DNA of 63,498 nt, counting the filler. It is 7 parts of 7 records of this genome, joined end to end, with 100 filler letters (N's around TTAATTAATTAA, not from the genome) between each part and the next. Parts side by side here need not be neighbours in the genome. Positions count along the whole stretch, not along the records: positions 20,821 to 30,368 come from SRR31156797_35005; positions 30,469 to 36,541 come from SRR31156797_35019; positions 36,642 to 44,401 come from SRR31156797_35031; 4 more parts are not named here. One strand, given 5' to 3'. Within the stretch, counting starts at the first letter, position 1. Each line of letters begins with the position of its first letter. The position numbers and the translations under genes are program-made. This document shows positions 30,167-42,349 of this stretch, piece by piece. The notes beneath the pieces were generated by a model. It was not told the origin of the DNA. It saw only the letters and a list, made by a program, of their open reading frames with translations, and made no database searches.

Positions 30167-30368
30167 ATCAATTATTCTTTCCGTTCTGTAACATTATTCT
30201 TTAAGCAGTTTCAACATTTTTTCACCCCCTATTGTTTGCTCGTTAAAGAATATTTTTTCGCAATCGTATTTATTTCAGAATAACAAATGCGTTTTATTTC
30301 GAAGTATGCAAGGGCCGAACAAAAAAAACAAATAACCCGATAACTAAACCACTATGCACTGGAAGTAC

Positions 30369-30468
30369 NNNNNNNNNNNNNNNNNNNNNNNNNNNNNNNN
30401 NNNNNNNNNNNNTTAATTAATTAANNNNNNNNNNNNNNNNNNNNNNNNNNNNNNNNNNNNNNNNNNNN
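30369..30468. other. Artificial contig linker
   Basis: N-TTAATTAATTAA-N. Confidence 0.98.
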
Positions 30469-31304
30469 GTGCCATTTCTGAATTTTATAAGCGATCTTTC
30501 CCGATCTTTCTGCTCCATGCCGCCATAAAAACTACTGTGCTGAATATTATTTTCGATTAGAAATTCACTAACTCTATGAATGGATTCTTTGTAATTACAA
30601 AAAATAATTCCGGGGTGGTTTCCGATGTGGTTCAACGCATTAACCAATGTTTCCAGTTTGTCTTTGTCAGGAGAGATAATTGTTTTTATTTTTAGTTCGG
30701 TTATTTCTTCATTTAAATAATTTATGTAGGTAGGATTTTTTAACCCTACAAACGAAGGAATAACTACTTCGTGAGTTGCCGAAGTAAGTATTTTCTTATT
30801 CACATCAGGAATAGCAGCCATTATTTTTTTCATCTCAGCTTCAAACCCTATTTCCAGCGATTTATCAAATTCATCGAGGACAAGAGCATTTATATTTTGA
30901 GTTGAAAAAGTTTCCCTTCTAATATGATCGGCAATTCTACCCGGTGTTCCAATAAGAATCGCCGGAGGATGGTTTAAATCCATTTTATCTTTGCTAAAAT
31001 TGCGTCCACCATAAAATGCATTGGTTTTATAACCTGTTCCCATTTCGCGGGTTACCTGTTCTATTTGAATTGCCAATTCGCGTGAAGGAACGAGTATTAG
31101 CATTTGAACTTCAGAACAACTGGCATTTAAATTGGCAATTAATGGCAACATAAATGCCAGGGTTTTTCCAGTTCCGGTGGGCGAAAGTAATACAATTTCA
31201 GAACGGGACTGAATAGCCAATCCTGCCTCTTTTTGCATAGGATTGAGTTTCTCAATATTCAATTTATCGAGAATATTCTTTTGATTCTTTTTTATTCCTG
31301 ACAT
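30469..31304 (-). CDS. DEAD/DEAH-box RNA helicase (3' truncated)
   Basis: SPTGTGKT, PSRELA, GTPGR, LDEFD, SAT, IIFCN. Confidence 0.92.
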
Positions 31305-31426
31305 GGCGCAAAGGTAATTTTTATTCTATAATACAATGGAGTTTACTTTTTTGCCTTTTTTCGAACAGAACCAATAAAAATGCTAAACAGAATTTGTAAT
31401 TGTCCCCGAAGTTCAGGATTTGCCCT

Positions 31427-32029
31427 TTACATCGAATGTTCAGGAAAGTATTTTAAAGTAACTGCCTTCACCTCTTCCACCCAGGTTTGTCTTTGTTTTA
31501 AATTGCTTGTAACTAAAATTCGAAACATTTTACGGTAAAATTGTTTTACTCCACATAAATCAAAAATGCAGTTTTTCCAAAGCGTTTCAAGCGGGTCTAG
31601 AAAAATGTTATTTTCTCTTTCCTTGCTGGTGTTCGAAGTATTAAATACAATTGCAGTTTTTGCTTTTAATAATCCAACCGGAACTCCCTCGCCACCGTCG
31701 CCTTCTTCGAAAGTGTATGCAACACCAGGTCTGATTACCCTGTCAATCCAACCTTTTAAAATGGCTGGTGGCTGTCCCCACCAGTTGGGATGAACAATTA
31801 TTATTGCGTCACTTTTTACCAGATCTTCACAATGCTTTTTTATGTTTTTGTCAATTTCTCTGTTTTTGGGGATTTCAGAAGCCACCAGAACAGGGTCAAA
31901 CTTTTCTTCGTATAAATCGTGAAATATTACTGAATGTCCGTTTTTAATTAGCTGTATTCTGCAGGTTTCAGCAATTGCATGGTTAAAACTGTTTTTGTCG
32001 GGGTGGGCTAGAATAATCAGTATTTTCAT
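31427..32029 (-). CDS. NAD(P)H-dependent quinone oxidoreductase (flavodoxin-2 fold)
   Basis: ILAHP..SFN, HDLY, HPNWWGQPPAILKGWIDRV. Confidence 0.9.
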   Translation of the reverse strand: MKILIILAHPDKNSFNHAIAETCRIQLIKNGHSVIFHDLYEEKFDPVLVASEIPKNREIDKNIKKHCEDLVKSDAIIIVHPNWWGQPPAILKGWIDRVIRPGVAYTFEEGDGGEGVPVGLLKAKTAIVFNTSNTSKERENNIFLDPLETLWKNCIFDLCGVKQFYRKMFRILVTSNLKQRQTWVEEVKAVTLKYFPEHSM

Positions 32030-32195
32030 GATGGATATTAATTCATGATAAAATTAATATTTTCCTGTTTATCAGGAAATTTATTATATGAACTGTTTGG
32101 CAGTAAACACCTAACTTAAATATAGAGCGACTTTATGGTTGAAAATAACCCTCCCTCTTTTTTAAAAAACAGGGAGAGTTTTTAAGATTTATTTA

Positions 32196-33038
32196 TTAAA
32201 AATTATTTACGACACAAAAAATAACATTATCACCATTCCATAAATCACTTTCAGGAAGAACATTTTTATGAAAGCTAAAATCAGAGAATCCAATTTCTGA
32301 TAGTTCTTTCCAAAGATCATTTTCGTTAAAAAAATGGGTATAGAAACGATATACTTTTACGTTGTCATTTGAATCGGTAACAATGTGTTGGTATAGAATT
32401 ACTTTTTCTTTTTCATATAAAAATGACGTTGAGAGTGCCAGGTAAGGTTGATTTTTCCAAAAACCATTTTCAGCGATTTCCCAATTTTTATCGGCAACTT
32501 TCTTTTCCAGGTTTTTATCGCTGTTTGCATCGAAAATAAAAGTACCTCCCGGTTTTAACCATTTTCTGATGTTGGTAAAAAGTATTTTCCGTTCCTGAGG
32601 TTTTAGAACGCAAAAATCGGTATAAATCAAAATAACCAAGTCAAACCGATTTTCTTTTAGTTCAAGCTGAAGATAATTTTCATTAACATAATGAATGTCG
32701 AGTTGTTTCTCTTTTGCTTGTTTTTGGGCATATTCAATTGAATTTTTTGAAAAATCGATACCCGTTACAACATGATTTTTTCGTGCAAAAAGTTCGGAGT
32801 ATAAACCCGGTCCGCAACCTAAATCGAGGATGTTTAGTTGCTGTTTTTTTGTTCTGGCTAAAATCCAGTTTACCGTTTTTACAATCGAACTTCTTTTGCG
32901 GCTGGCTAAATCAATTTCAGTATTCAGGTGCACTTCCAGCAATTGTTTTGAAATGTGTTCTTCTGTCCACATTACGGCAGTTCCAGGTGTGTACAATTCT
33001 GGTTTTGTTTTGTATTTTATTAATTCAGTAATTTTCAT
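32196..33038 (-). CDS. Class I SAM-dependent methyltransferase
   Basis: ILDLGCGPGLY, GIDFS, LKPGGTFIFD. Confidence 0.9.
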   Translation of the reverse strand: MKITELIKYKTKPELYTPGTAVMWTEEHISKQLLEVHLNTEIDLASRKRSSIVKTVNWILARTKKQQLNILDLGCGPGLYSELFARKNHVVTGIDFSKNSIEYAQKQAKEKQLDIHYVNENYLQLELKENRFDLVILIYTDFCVLKPQERKILFTNIRKWLKPGGTFIFDANSDKNLEKKVADKNWEIAENGFWKNQPYLALSTSFLYEKEKVILYQHIVTDSNDNVKVYRFYTHFFNENDLWKELSEIGFSDFSFHKNVLPESDLWNGDNVIFCVVNNF

Positions 33039-33282
33039 TTTGTTTTATTTTAAAGAATATCTTGCTGATTTCTTATTCTGGTAAAATATCGATAATGAAG
33101 CCAGCAATAATACGGTTTCAAATACGTAATATAAATTATAAAAAATGATAATTCAAGACAGAATGCATAACGAATAAATTCTTTCCTTTTCAGAGAAAGT
33201 GTCTTTATTTTTTTCCGGGAAGGGAAATGACGGTATGTTTTTTTACTTTTTGAAGTGAAACAAAGTTAATAAATGTATTTGT

Positions 33283-34026
33283 TTACATTAAATAAAATAT
33301 ACAATAAATCATACCCAGGTTAAAACCGGAATGACATAAAATAGCACCTAAAATGGAATTTGTATATCTTTTAAAAAATGAAAAAAGCAAGCTTACCAAG
33401 AACATAAAAGTGACCCAAATTAAAGCCGGAATAAAAAGAAATTTCCATTGGTTTGCGATATAAACAAGTCCAAAATGTGAAATGTGTGTAATAGCAAATG
33501 CCAAACCATCGATAACCGAAGCTTTTTTGTCGCCTACAGATTTTGTAAAGGCAGCGTGTACAATTCCCCTGAAAAACAGTTCTTCGCCAATAGGGCTAAA
33601 TACCATTCCAGTACCGGCCATTATTATGAATAATATTCTTTTATCGGCTTTATTAATTTCTGCCGGAATATTATACGATCTTCCAATGTAATTATACCAG
33701 TTTTCAAAACTGTTTCCATAAAGAAACTGGCCAATCCAGTAGAAAATAAAGCTTAAAACAAGCCCGGTAACGAATGCTAAAAAAAGCTGCCGGTATTTGT
33801 CAGACATTGTAAAGCCCGATTTTTTTTGCCCGTATTTATTCAGAAAAAGAAAAGGTACAATAGCAGAAATAACCATTATTAATCCGATAAAACTGTAGTT
33901 ATTATTTGCATTTGCCTGAAGGACCAGAAAAAAGCGGGGAATACAAATTAAAAAGATAAGAACAATTCCAAGTTTCCAGTTGAATTGAAAAAAACGGTTC
34001 CAGAAAGGCCTTAGTTCGTTATACAT
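33283..34026 (-). CDS. CPBP (CAAX/Abi) intramembrane metalloprotease
   Basis: EELFFRG, FAITH, ILCHSGFN; multiple transmembrane segments. Confidence 0.88.
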   Translation of the reverse strand: MYNELRPFWNRFFQFNWKLGIVLIFLICIPRFFLVLQANANNNYSFIGLIMVISAIVPFLFLNKYGQKKSGFTMSDKYRQLFLAFVTGLVLSFIFYWIGQFLYGNSFENWYNYIGRSYNIPAEINKADKRILFIIMAGTGMVFSPIGEELFFRGIVHAAFTKSVGDKKASVIDGLAFAITHISHFGLVYIANQWKFLFIPALIWVTFMFLVSLLFSFFKRYTNSILGAILCHSGFNLGMIYCIFYLM

Positions 34027-34056
34027 AATTATGTATTATCGGCAATTAATTGATGT

Positions 34057-34272
34057 TTACAGCCAGTATTGCGTGGCTACAATTATAAGAATAATTGCAA
34101 TAATTGTAATATAAGAATATGGACTCGCAAAATTAAAAGTTGAACCCATGGACGGATTATATTTAGGAACTATCAACCGTGGATCTTTTGTGTTGAAATA
34201 AAATGGGCCTTTCCAGTTTGAAGGATCTTTGCTAAAATCATTAGGAAGATCCTCATTCGGTTTATTTTTCAT
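34057..34272 (-). CDS. DUF5808-like small membrane protein
   Basis: WKGPFYFNTKDPRLIVPK..MGSTFNFA. Confidence 0.75.
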   Translation of the reverse strand: MKNKPNEDLPNDFSKDPSNWKGPFYFNTKDPRLIVPKYNPSMGSTFNFASPYSYITIIAIILIIVATQYWL

Positions 34273-34354
34273 TTTTAGGTTAAAGATTTTAATTTTATGG
34301 ATTCAGTTTTAAGAGGTATTGAAACCCGGTTTTAGAAATGCAATTTACAAATTG

Positions 34355-34978
34355 TTAATTTCTGTTTCGAAGTTTGGTGAAAATTTGTTTTGAATTGGTT
34401 TCAATCAACTGGTTCCACTTATCCGGACTTTCTACAAAAGCCAATGGTTTTGTTTGTACCGCACTGTCTCCTTCAAAATGAAAATGATTAAAATGGATAG
34501 TATCTTTTAAAATTGAATAATCGCCAACAAAATCGTTAATTACTTCGCCTTTATCTATGTATTCTTTGTACTTAAAAATGCCATTAATCAGGAACATTTC
34601 AATATACCCGTTTTCGGTGTTTGAAAAGTATTTTTTAGTGTTTGGACCACTAAAATTATTTAGTAGCAATTTAACCTTATTTCTTTTTGGGTTTTTTATG
34701 AAATATTTGATTCTTAGTTCATTTCCAATGGCCTGTTTTTCATCTTTTGTACCCAGTTTCTTAAAATCGATGTATTCCTTATTATCAACCGAATAAACAT
34801 ATTTTATTTTGCGATTAAAACTTTTTACCTCTTTTGATGGAAAAACATCAATTACTTTTCCTGAAACCATGGCTGTTTTTCTTGTTGAAATCATTTCATG
34901 CTCAATTCCAATCCAGCCAAGAAATACAAGTGCAATAACCAGTAAAATCCTAAAAATTAATGTACTTTTTATTTTCAT
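34355..34978 (-). CDS. Hypothetical membrane-anchored protein
   Basis: N-terminal transmembrane segment, GKVID..KYVYSVDNKEY. Confidence 0.55.
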   Translation of the reverse strand: MKIKSTLIFRILLVIALVFLGWIGIEHEMISTRKTAMVSGKVIDVFPSKEVKSFNRKIKYVYSVDNKEYIDFKKLGTKDEKQAIGNELRIKYFIKNPKRNKVKLLLNNFSGPNTKKYFSNTENGYIEMFLINGIFKYKEYIDKGEVINDFVGDYSILKDTIHFNHFHFEGDSAVQTKPLAFVESPDKWNQLIETNSKQIFTKLRNRN

Positions 34979-35339
34979 TTATCAAATTAGATTTCAACGA
35001 TTATTTTTAATATAGAAAATTGTTTTATGAACATTCTTGTCTGGATTTTTCAAAATTCCGGATTGAATTGATTCAATAATCAAGCCAAAAATGAAGATGT
35101 AAATTTATATGTTTTTATTTCTGTTTCAATAAATATAATTTCCTTCTTTTTGTTAATTTGTAATTTAATGGTAAGCTATTTTGATAGATAGTAATATGAA
35201 ATGCAATAAATTTTTGATTTGTTTAGTAATACCGGATTTTATGTTATAAAAGAGAATTGTAGAAATATTTTAAGATTATATTTATCTTAGTTTTTTTATG
35301 AAAAATTGTTGTTCTAACCGATTTGATAAATCAAAAAAC

Positions 35340-36541
35340 ATGACTAAAAAAACTACTATCCAATACTTGAAAAACGTATGGTTTATTTTTAGTGTAATTT
35401 TAATAATTACATGTTGTGCGCCAAAAGAAAAACCGGCAGTTGAAAACATAAAAAGCATTCAGGCGTTTACCGATTTATGTTTTTACGGTCAGAAACTTAC
35501 CCAGATTGATATTGTTTATGAAAAAAATGTGGACCTTTCTGAGGTGTCTGAATCTACTTACACGCTTTTGGATAGGGGATACGCTAATCCTGATTTTAAA
35601 AAAATAATGATTGAATCTGTTGAAGTAAACGGGCAGATTGTACAATTAAAGATAAATCAGGATACGGAAGCACAGGAAAATAATGCTCTTATTTACAGCG
35701 GCGATAATGCAACAGGTTCGCGAACAAAGAATCCGTTGGGATTATATCCAACCGGACCTTGGTACCGCGATATCAAAGGTATAATTCATTTTGGAGAAGA
35801 AGATTCCGGAGAATACAAGGCAAACACTACCGGTGAGGGTTATCAAACACGTCAATGTTTGGAACTAAAACTTTATCATGAAGGCGAAACTGAAGATATT
35901 GCCGCTGGTATGGCAAATCAGGATGGATCATATAACGCCGAAGGTATCTGGTTACCAACCATCGATATTAATTACGGAGAAGGTGGGTTTCAAACATTTG
36001 AAACATTAAATATTGAAGTCCCAACAACTGCAACCGATGGTGATGAATTTGTTAAAGGATGGGCTTATTTCCCGGAAAATTTTGATGAAAACCGGGAAGA
36101 AAAATACCCTCTTATAATAACAATTGCCGGTTATGGTATTTCGTACTGGAAACTTGAAGACGGAACAAACAATTTTGGTACAGGATTAAATTTTGATGGT
36201 TCAGGTTTTCGCTGGATGGGAAATGATGCCATAGTACTTAATATTCACGATCGCAGTCATACCGGTGGCGACAATTATAAATTCTATGAAGATGATTATA
36301 ATGTAATTCAGTATTTTATTGAGAATTATAATGCCGACTCGCAAGATATTACACTAACCGGAAACTCGCGTGGAACAATTGCTTGTAATACTATTGCTTC
36401 AACTTATCCAGGATTAATAAATACATTGGTACTCAACAATGGATCGATGGGAACCGGAATTGCAGGAAAAAATATGTTTGAAGGTGCCTGGACCGAAAAA
36501 GAATGGCAGGAAGCAGCAAAAAACGGAATGAGTATTTGGGC
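35340..36541 (+). CDS. Lipoprotein with C-terminal alpha/beta-hydrolase-like domain (3' truncated)
   Basis: ITCC lipobox; PENFDENREEKYPLII; GNSRG nucleophile elbow. Confidence 0.6.
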
Positions 36542-36641
36542 NNNNNNNNNNNNNNNNNNNNNNNNNNNNNNNNNNNNNNNNNNNNTTAATTAATTAANNN
36601 NNNNNNNNNNNNNNNNNNNNNNNNNNNNNNNNNNNNNNNNN
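36542..36641. other. Artificial contig linker
   Basis: N-TTAATTAATTAA-N. Confidence 0.98.
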
Positions 36642-38713
36642 AGCGCATAAAATGTTGTCTGGGCATTCTTCAGGATATCGTCCACCAAGGAAAACTGCGG
36701 CAGGATCTGGGGGTTGCCGGGAGAGAAGCGCAAGCTTTTTTCACCGTCCACCACGGTCTTCCCGAGCCCCAGGGCAATGTGGGCCACGCCGTCTTCGGAT
36801 TTCACGCGGGAAAAGGGATAGTAATCAATGGATTGGGCGACCCCTGATACGGCAGGGTAAAAATAGTCGCCATGCTGCTGGCCTGCAACGGCCTGGACAA
36901 TGACCGCCATGGAATCATGGAACGGATGGTTGGAGGTGCTCCGGTGGAACGCCTTGGCATCATCGTAGTAGGTGGAGGCAAAAACAAGCTTGATGGCGTT
37001 GGCCAGGTGACAGAGCCGCATGGACAGATCCGGATGATTGTTGGGAATCTTATAGGTTTTATAAAGACCCGCATAGGGCTGAAAATGGGCATCTTCCAAT
37101 TGGCTGGATGAGCGCACCGCCAGGGGAACCTTGAGCTGGGACAAAAACTCCTTGAGCTGCCGGATCAGCCATGACGGCAATTCCGCACGAAGGAAAACAT
37201 CCACCACCTCTTCCACGGGATGCTTCTGGCGTTCAAAATTCTCCAGGTTATTTTGGGCAATGAACGCCTCAAAAACATCCGTGCACAGGACCAGGGTCTT
37301 GGGGATCCGAATCTTGAATGCCGGATGGTTCTTATGGAGGTCGCCCGCCTTCTCCAGAAGTCCCGACATGAAAGCCAGGCCCCGGCCTTTGCCCCCCAGG
37401 GAGCCCTGGCCGATTTTGACGAACTCCTTGACGTCCGAATCAAAATAATTCTCGTTAAACGTCGACACCACGCCCTTGTGCTTGAATTTCCTCAACTCGT
37501 GGATACTGGTGATGATGAAATTCCTGAGCTCATCCGCGCAGCTGAAATCCTCGCTTTTGCAGGCCCTGAATTTCAGGGCAAGGTCGATTTCCGAACGGGC
37601 CATGAGCCAGGATGAAAAATGATCCCGGTCGGCATGGTAGTAGAGGGATTCATCGGGAATGGTGGGCAGCTTTGATTCCAGTTGCATCAGGGTGGTTGCG
37701 ATGTCTATGTTGCGGCCGTTGGGCATGCAGAAGACAAAATTACCGAACCCCAGATGGTTCAGGAAAAACATGCGGGTCACATGGAGCAGGTTGGGGTGAT
37801 TCTTGTCCAGAAACAGGGCGGGAATCCGGTCGGCCTTTTTACCGTTGTCCCTCTCTGAACTCATCAGGAGCAGGGGCATACCCGGGATCTCCCGGCGGAT
37901 GCCGGAAAACAGTTTAATGCCCGCTTCCGGATCAAGGCTGCCGTTCCTGGGCAGGCGCGTATCCGAGATGACGCACAGCAAATAATCCTTGTAGCGTTCA
38001 TACAGCGCCCGGGCCTGTTCGTAATTCTTTGCCAGGAGCAGTTTGGGCCTTGCCCGCATGGTCAGAAGCTTCATGCTGTCATTGAGATCCGTTTCAAGGA
38101 GCGCCTGGGTCTGGGTCACAATCTCCTTGTAGATGATGGGCAGCATGAAGGAATAGTACTCCGGGCAATCCTCCACCAGGATGACGACCCTTACATCGGC
38201 CAGACGGGTATCGTTGTCGACATTGACATGATCTTCGGCATTCTTGATGAGGGTGATGAGGAGGTCCGAATTGCCCGACCAGATGAAAATGGTATCAATG
38301 CCGTTGACGCACTGGGCATCATATCCCGCCGGAAGCGCCCGGATGCTCGGGGAGAGGAGAATGACCCTCAGATCCGGCTGAACAGCCTTGATTTCCCGGC
38401 CCAGGGAAAAAACATCCGTCTCCTTCAGGTGGGGCACGATCAGAACCAGGTCAAAATGTTTTTCAGCCAGCAGCTCAAGGGCTTCCCGGGCGGAAGAGGC
38501 GCCGGTGATGACCGGCGGATAGCGCAGGTTCAGTCCGCTGTATTCATTGATTATCCTGGATGCAATACTGCCATCCTCTTCCATGTTGAAAATGTTGTAG
38601 GGGCTTGAAATCAGGAGTATTTCCTTGATCTCATAGGTCATGATCTCCCGATAGATGCCGGGACGGGCATGATACTTACTGATCATTTTTCTGTTTTTTT
38701 CGCTTATCGTCAT
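36642..38713 (-). CDS. Receiver-like domains plus PEP/pyruvate-binding (PEP synthase/PPDK N-terminal) domain protein (3' truncated)
   Basis: EILLISSPY..MEEDG, VISD, IGQGSLGGKGRGLAF, PLAVRSSSQLED..QPYAGLYKT, SGVAQS; ATG at 38713 with GGAGG RBS. Confidence 0.85.
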
Positions 38714-39127
38714 GCGGTGCCTCCGCCGGAGAATTGAATCTTCATATGGATGTCGTCTCCACAATGTTTCAAGCCATGCTCCCCCAGGCTTCCCGGGGCG
38801 ATAATGCATGCAACATTCACGAATGAAAGTTGGACATGACTATCCGATATCGGCGCATTAGGCAACTCGACAAAACCACGGTCATAATGCGGTAAAAATC
38901 TACGCATTGCCCATATCCTTCGATCCTTGCAACAATGCGAATCACCTTGAAATATGGGCGTTTATAAGTCTGTTGAAAGACTCCACGGGACCATAAAGGA
39001 ACCGGTTGAAAAAAACACCCGGCTCCTTTATAGTCCCCGGCCGGGTGGCATAAAATCCACAACACTGTTAAATAAATGTCTGGGCAAAAGCAGACATCTC
39101 CCCCGGTTACGTCCTTAAGGAGGCTCC

Positions 39128-42100
39128 ATGGACATCCATTTAGACCCAAATGTATTGGCGGCAAAGAATACGGATATCATCAATACCGCCCAGCGCGTCA
39201 ATCTCGCCCCCGAAGTATTGTACGAGGCCGTCATCGACCTGTCGTCCCAAGGGCTCCTCACAGCCAGGTGCATCAACATGGCTGCCCACATTCTCCTGGA
39301 CCAGCTGGGCCTTCCCAACTATTTCTTCCGGAACATCGGGGTGGAATCCCTGAAACATCTGCTGGGCTCCATTGCCAACAGCATCACGGTGGAGGATGAC
39401 AAGGTCAGGCTTTTCGACCGGGTGGCCCACGTGGATTTCGGCCTGAAAAAGGGCGGTAATTTCCAGCGGCTCCGCATCGCCACCCGGGAGACCCGGGACG
39501 ACATGGAAAAACTCCTGGAGGACCTTATTGCCGGCCACAGCAGGGAATACTATTACAGCCCGAAAAACAATTATTACACTTACATTGTCCGGCCCGAAAC
39601 CGTCCGGGATTTCTCCGGGGATGACTTCAACGGGTCCAGGTTTCTGTTTTCCCTGGCCGGGGATTATGCGGCCACGCCGGAATCCACCCGCCAGCGTTAC
39701 GAATCCTTCCTGGCCGCCTGCCAGACATCGGTTACCCCCCTGATCGAGGTCTTTAATCTCCCGGAAACAGGCGAAACCCGCCTGATGTTCAACAGCGATT
39801 TTGCCCGTCCCCAGCTTCCCGCCCTGAGAAAACTGATGAACGATCACGGCTATGAACTGATCCGGGCCTATTGGGAACCCTACCGGGCCCAGTCCGATGT
39901 TCCCTCCTCCATCTGCTCCCTCTATATCCAGGGGGAACTGCCCAGGCGCAGGGAAGCGGCGCTTCGGGCCGACCTTGGCGCTTTTCTCTGCCTTGGCGTC
40001 AACAGCATGGAAACCCTTTATGTCACGGAAACGCTGACGTTCCGGGAAATGCTCTTTGCCAGCAATGCCGTGGGGTTCACCCATCTGTTCATTTTCAGGG
40101 AGAGCGATAACGCCGCGGACAGGGAAATCATTGAAGGCCTTGCCACCATGGATCAGAAGGATGTCTTTGCATCCCGGATCCAGAGTAACAACAAATCCAC
40201 CTACGGTTCGGACCTGATCCTGAAAACGGCAAAATCACACCCGGACCTGATAAAATTCCTTTACAACCTGTTTGACCGGCGGTTCAACCCCGCCCATAAA
40301 ACAAGGCCGGACCCTGACGCCCTTGCGGAAAAGCACCGGGAGTTCAAAAAGCTGATATCCACCCGGTTCATGGACAACAGTCTTGGATACGACATTTTCA
40401 ATTTCATGTTCAAGATGGTGGATTGCACCCTGAAAACCAATTTCTACAAGCCGGAGAAACGCTCCTTTGCCTTCCGCTTCGACAACCGGATCCTTGACCC
40501 CATTGTTTTCAGCCAGTTTGTTTACGGCATTTTCTATGTCAACGGCCATTATGCCTGCGGCACCCATCTCCGGGCCGGGGACATTGCCCGGGGCGGGCTC
40601 CGGCTGATCCGCGTCTCCGCTTCCAATCACGCCGCCGAGCTGGATAATGCCGTGCTGCTCAACTACGCCCTCGGCCCCAAGACCCAGCGCCTCAAGCATA
40701 AAGACATTTGTGAAAGCGGCTCAAAGGGCGTTGTGGTGCCCCATTCCCTGTATGCAGACTACTGCGGGGATGCCATTTCCGATTATACCGAAGGCATCAT
40801 GGACCTGGTGCTGGGAGACCCTTCCATCATCGATTATTTCGGAGAGCCGGAAATGGTTTTTTTTGATCCGGACGAAGGCACCGCCCCCTTCATGGATGCG
40901 GTCTCATTCAGGGCCAGGGACAGGGGCTACAACCACTGGCGCACCATCACCACCGGCAAAAGCTTCGGCATTCCCCACGGCACCTACGGCATGCTGGACA
41001 ACAACGACCTGTTCGGCCTGTTCAACCGCGGCAGCAACGGTGTCGAACTCCAGATCAATGAAAAATCCGTGACAACCACCCAAGACATGGATGAAATTTA
41101 TGATGCCATCGGCGGCCAAATCGCAACCAGCGGCATGGCCTCCTCCGGCATCATGAGCTCATTCAGGGCGCTGATCCGTCATTCGGGACACCGGGAAGAG
41201 GAGCTGAACCTGATGATGACCGGCGGCCCCGGCGGTGACCTGGGCGCCAACGTCATCCAATGCTACAAAGGCAATATCTGCCTGATTATTGACGGCGGCT
41301 CCGTATTGTTCGACCCCGACGGACTGGACAAGCGCGAACTCATAAAAATCGCGTTCATGCGCCACACATCTCCCCGGGCCGATTCCCTTGCCTATCCCGC
41401 CGAGAAGCTGGGCCCCCAGGGATTCAGGGTCCCCCTTTCGGCCAAAAACATCACCCTGCCGGACGGCACCTTTGTGGAAGAAGGCACCCTGTTCCACAGG
41501 CATTTTCTGTACGATCCGGCCAACCGAAAAAGAATCAGCCAGGCCAACATCCGGGCCTTTATCCCCTGCGGCGGATTCAAGGACACGATCCGCCACGGCA
41601 ATGTGAAACAGTTTGTCTCCATGTTCAAGGACCTTGAATTCATTGTCGAAGGCGCCAACGTATTTTTTGACAACGCATCCAGGCGGTATATCGCCGCCCA
41701 CACCGCCATCCGCCAGATCAAGGATTCAACGGCAAACAAGGGCGGTGTTTTCTCCAGCTCCATTGCCGAGGTCCTCACCGCCTTTCTACTTGGTGACGAC
41801 TACGAAGAAAAACTCCTCAACGACACCACCACCCGCTGGGCACTGATCCGGGACATCATGCTTCTGGTGGACGAGTATGCCACAGAGGAAACCATCATGC
41901 TCATCAGGCTCCATGAGGCCGACCGGTCCGTTCCCCTGTTCGTTCTGTCCGAACGGACCAGCGAACAGATTTACGCCTTCCAGGCCACCCTGTATAACCG
42001 GATTTCCAAACTCACAAGCAACCATGACCTGGTGTGGGGGGTGCTGGAACATTATATTCCCGGCATTCTGATCAGACGCCTGGGTAAAGAAAACATTTTG

Positions 42101-42259
42101 GACATCCTGAACTCAGGGGAACTCAAGCCCTACAGAGATGCCATCCTGACCAAAAAAATGGCATCCCTGGCCTTCTATAAATATGGCATCCAGTGGGAGG
42201 CATTCCTTGCAGACATTGACTACCGGTTTGAGGTGGCCTTGGCCAGTGCGGTGGACTGA
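39128..42259 (+). CDS. Large NAD-specific glutamate dehydrogenase (GDH2/GdhB-like)
   Basis: LKTNFY, DIARGGLRL, QRLKHKDICESGSKG, PDEGTA, TTGKS, MTGGPGGDLG, PCGG, IVEGANVF, KDSTANKGGV. Confidence 0.85.
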   Translation: MDIHLDPNVLAAKNTDIINTAQRVNLAPEVLYEAVIDLSSQGLLTARCINMAAHILLDQLGLPNYFFRNIGVESLKHLLGSIANSITVEDDKVRLFDRVAHVDFGLKKGGNFQRLRIATRETRDDMEKLLEDLIAGHSREYYYSPKNNYYTYIVRPETVRDFSGDDFNGSRFLFSLAGDYAATPESTRQRYESFLAACQTSVTPLIEVFNLPETGETRLMFNSDFARPQLPALRKLMNDHGYELIRAYWEPYRAQSDVPSSICSLYIQGELPRRREAALRADLGAFLCLGVNSMETLYVTETLTFREMLFASNAVGFTHLFIFRESDNAADREIIEGLATMDQKDVFASRIQSNNKSTYGSDLILKTAKSHPDLIKFLYNLFDRRFNPAHKTRPDPDALAEKHREFKKLISTRFMDNSLGYDIFNFMFKMVDCTLKTNFYKPEKRSFAFRFDNRILDPIVFSQFVYGIFYVNGHYACGTHLRAGDIARGGLRLIRVSASNHAAELDNAVLLNYALGPKTQRLKHKDICESGSKGVVVPHSLYADYCGDAISDYTEGIMDLVLGDPSIIDYFGEPEMVFFDPDEGTAPFMDAVSFRARDRGYNHWRTITTGKSFGIPHGTYGMLDNNDLFGLFNRGSNGVELQINEKSVTTTQDMDEIYDAIGGQIATSGMASSGIMSSFRALIRHSGHREEELNLMMTGGPGGDLGANVIQCYKGNICLIIDGGSVLFDPDGLDKRELIKIAFMRHTSPRADSLAYPAEKLGPQGFRVPLSAKNITLPDGTFVEEGTLFHRHFLYDPANRKRISQANIRAFIPCGGFKDTIRHGNVKQFVSMFKDLEFIVEGANVFFDNASRRYIAAHTAIRQIKDSTANKGGVFSSSIAEVLTAFLLGDDYEEKLLNDTTTRWALIRDIMLLVDEYATEETIMLIRLHEADRSVPLFVLSERTSEQIYAFQATLYNRISKLTSNHDLVWGVLEHYIPGILIRRLGKENILDILNSGELKPYRDAILTKKMASLAFYKYGIQWEAFLADIDYRFEVALASAVD

Positions 42260-42300
42260 TCTTGGCTGCCGGTCCTTTTCAACGATGCAAATACTGTTTT

Positions 42301-42318
42301 CACCGGTAAAAACCGGTG
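42301..42318 (+). terminator. Possible terminator hairpin after gdh
   Basis: CACCGGT-AAAA-ACCGGTG followed by TATTT. Confidence 0.4.
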
Positions 42319-42349
42319 TATTTCGCTTGTTGTGTTTAGTTTTCGGGGA

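Noticed and set aside
39140-40084. Long antisense and alternate-frame ORFs (also 2498-3355, 10626-11570, 12773-13552 and others)
   Set aside because: Shadow ORFs of GC-rich real genes, with no motifs.
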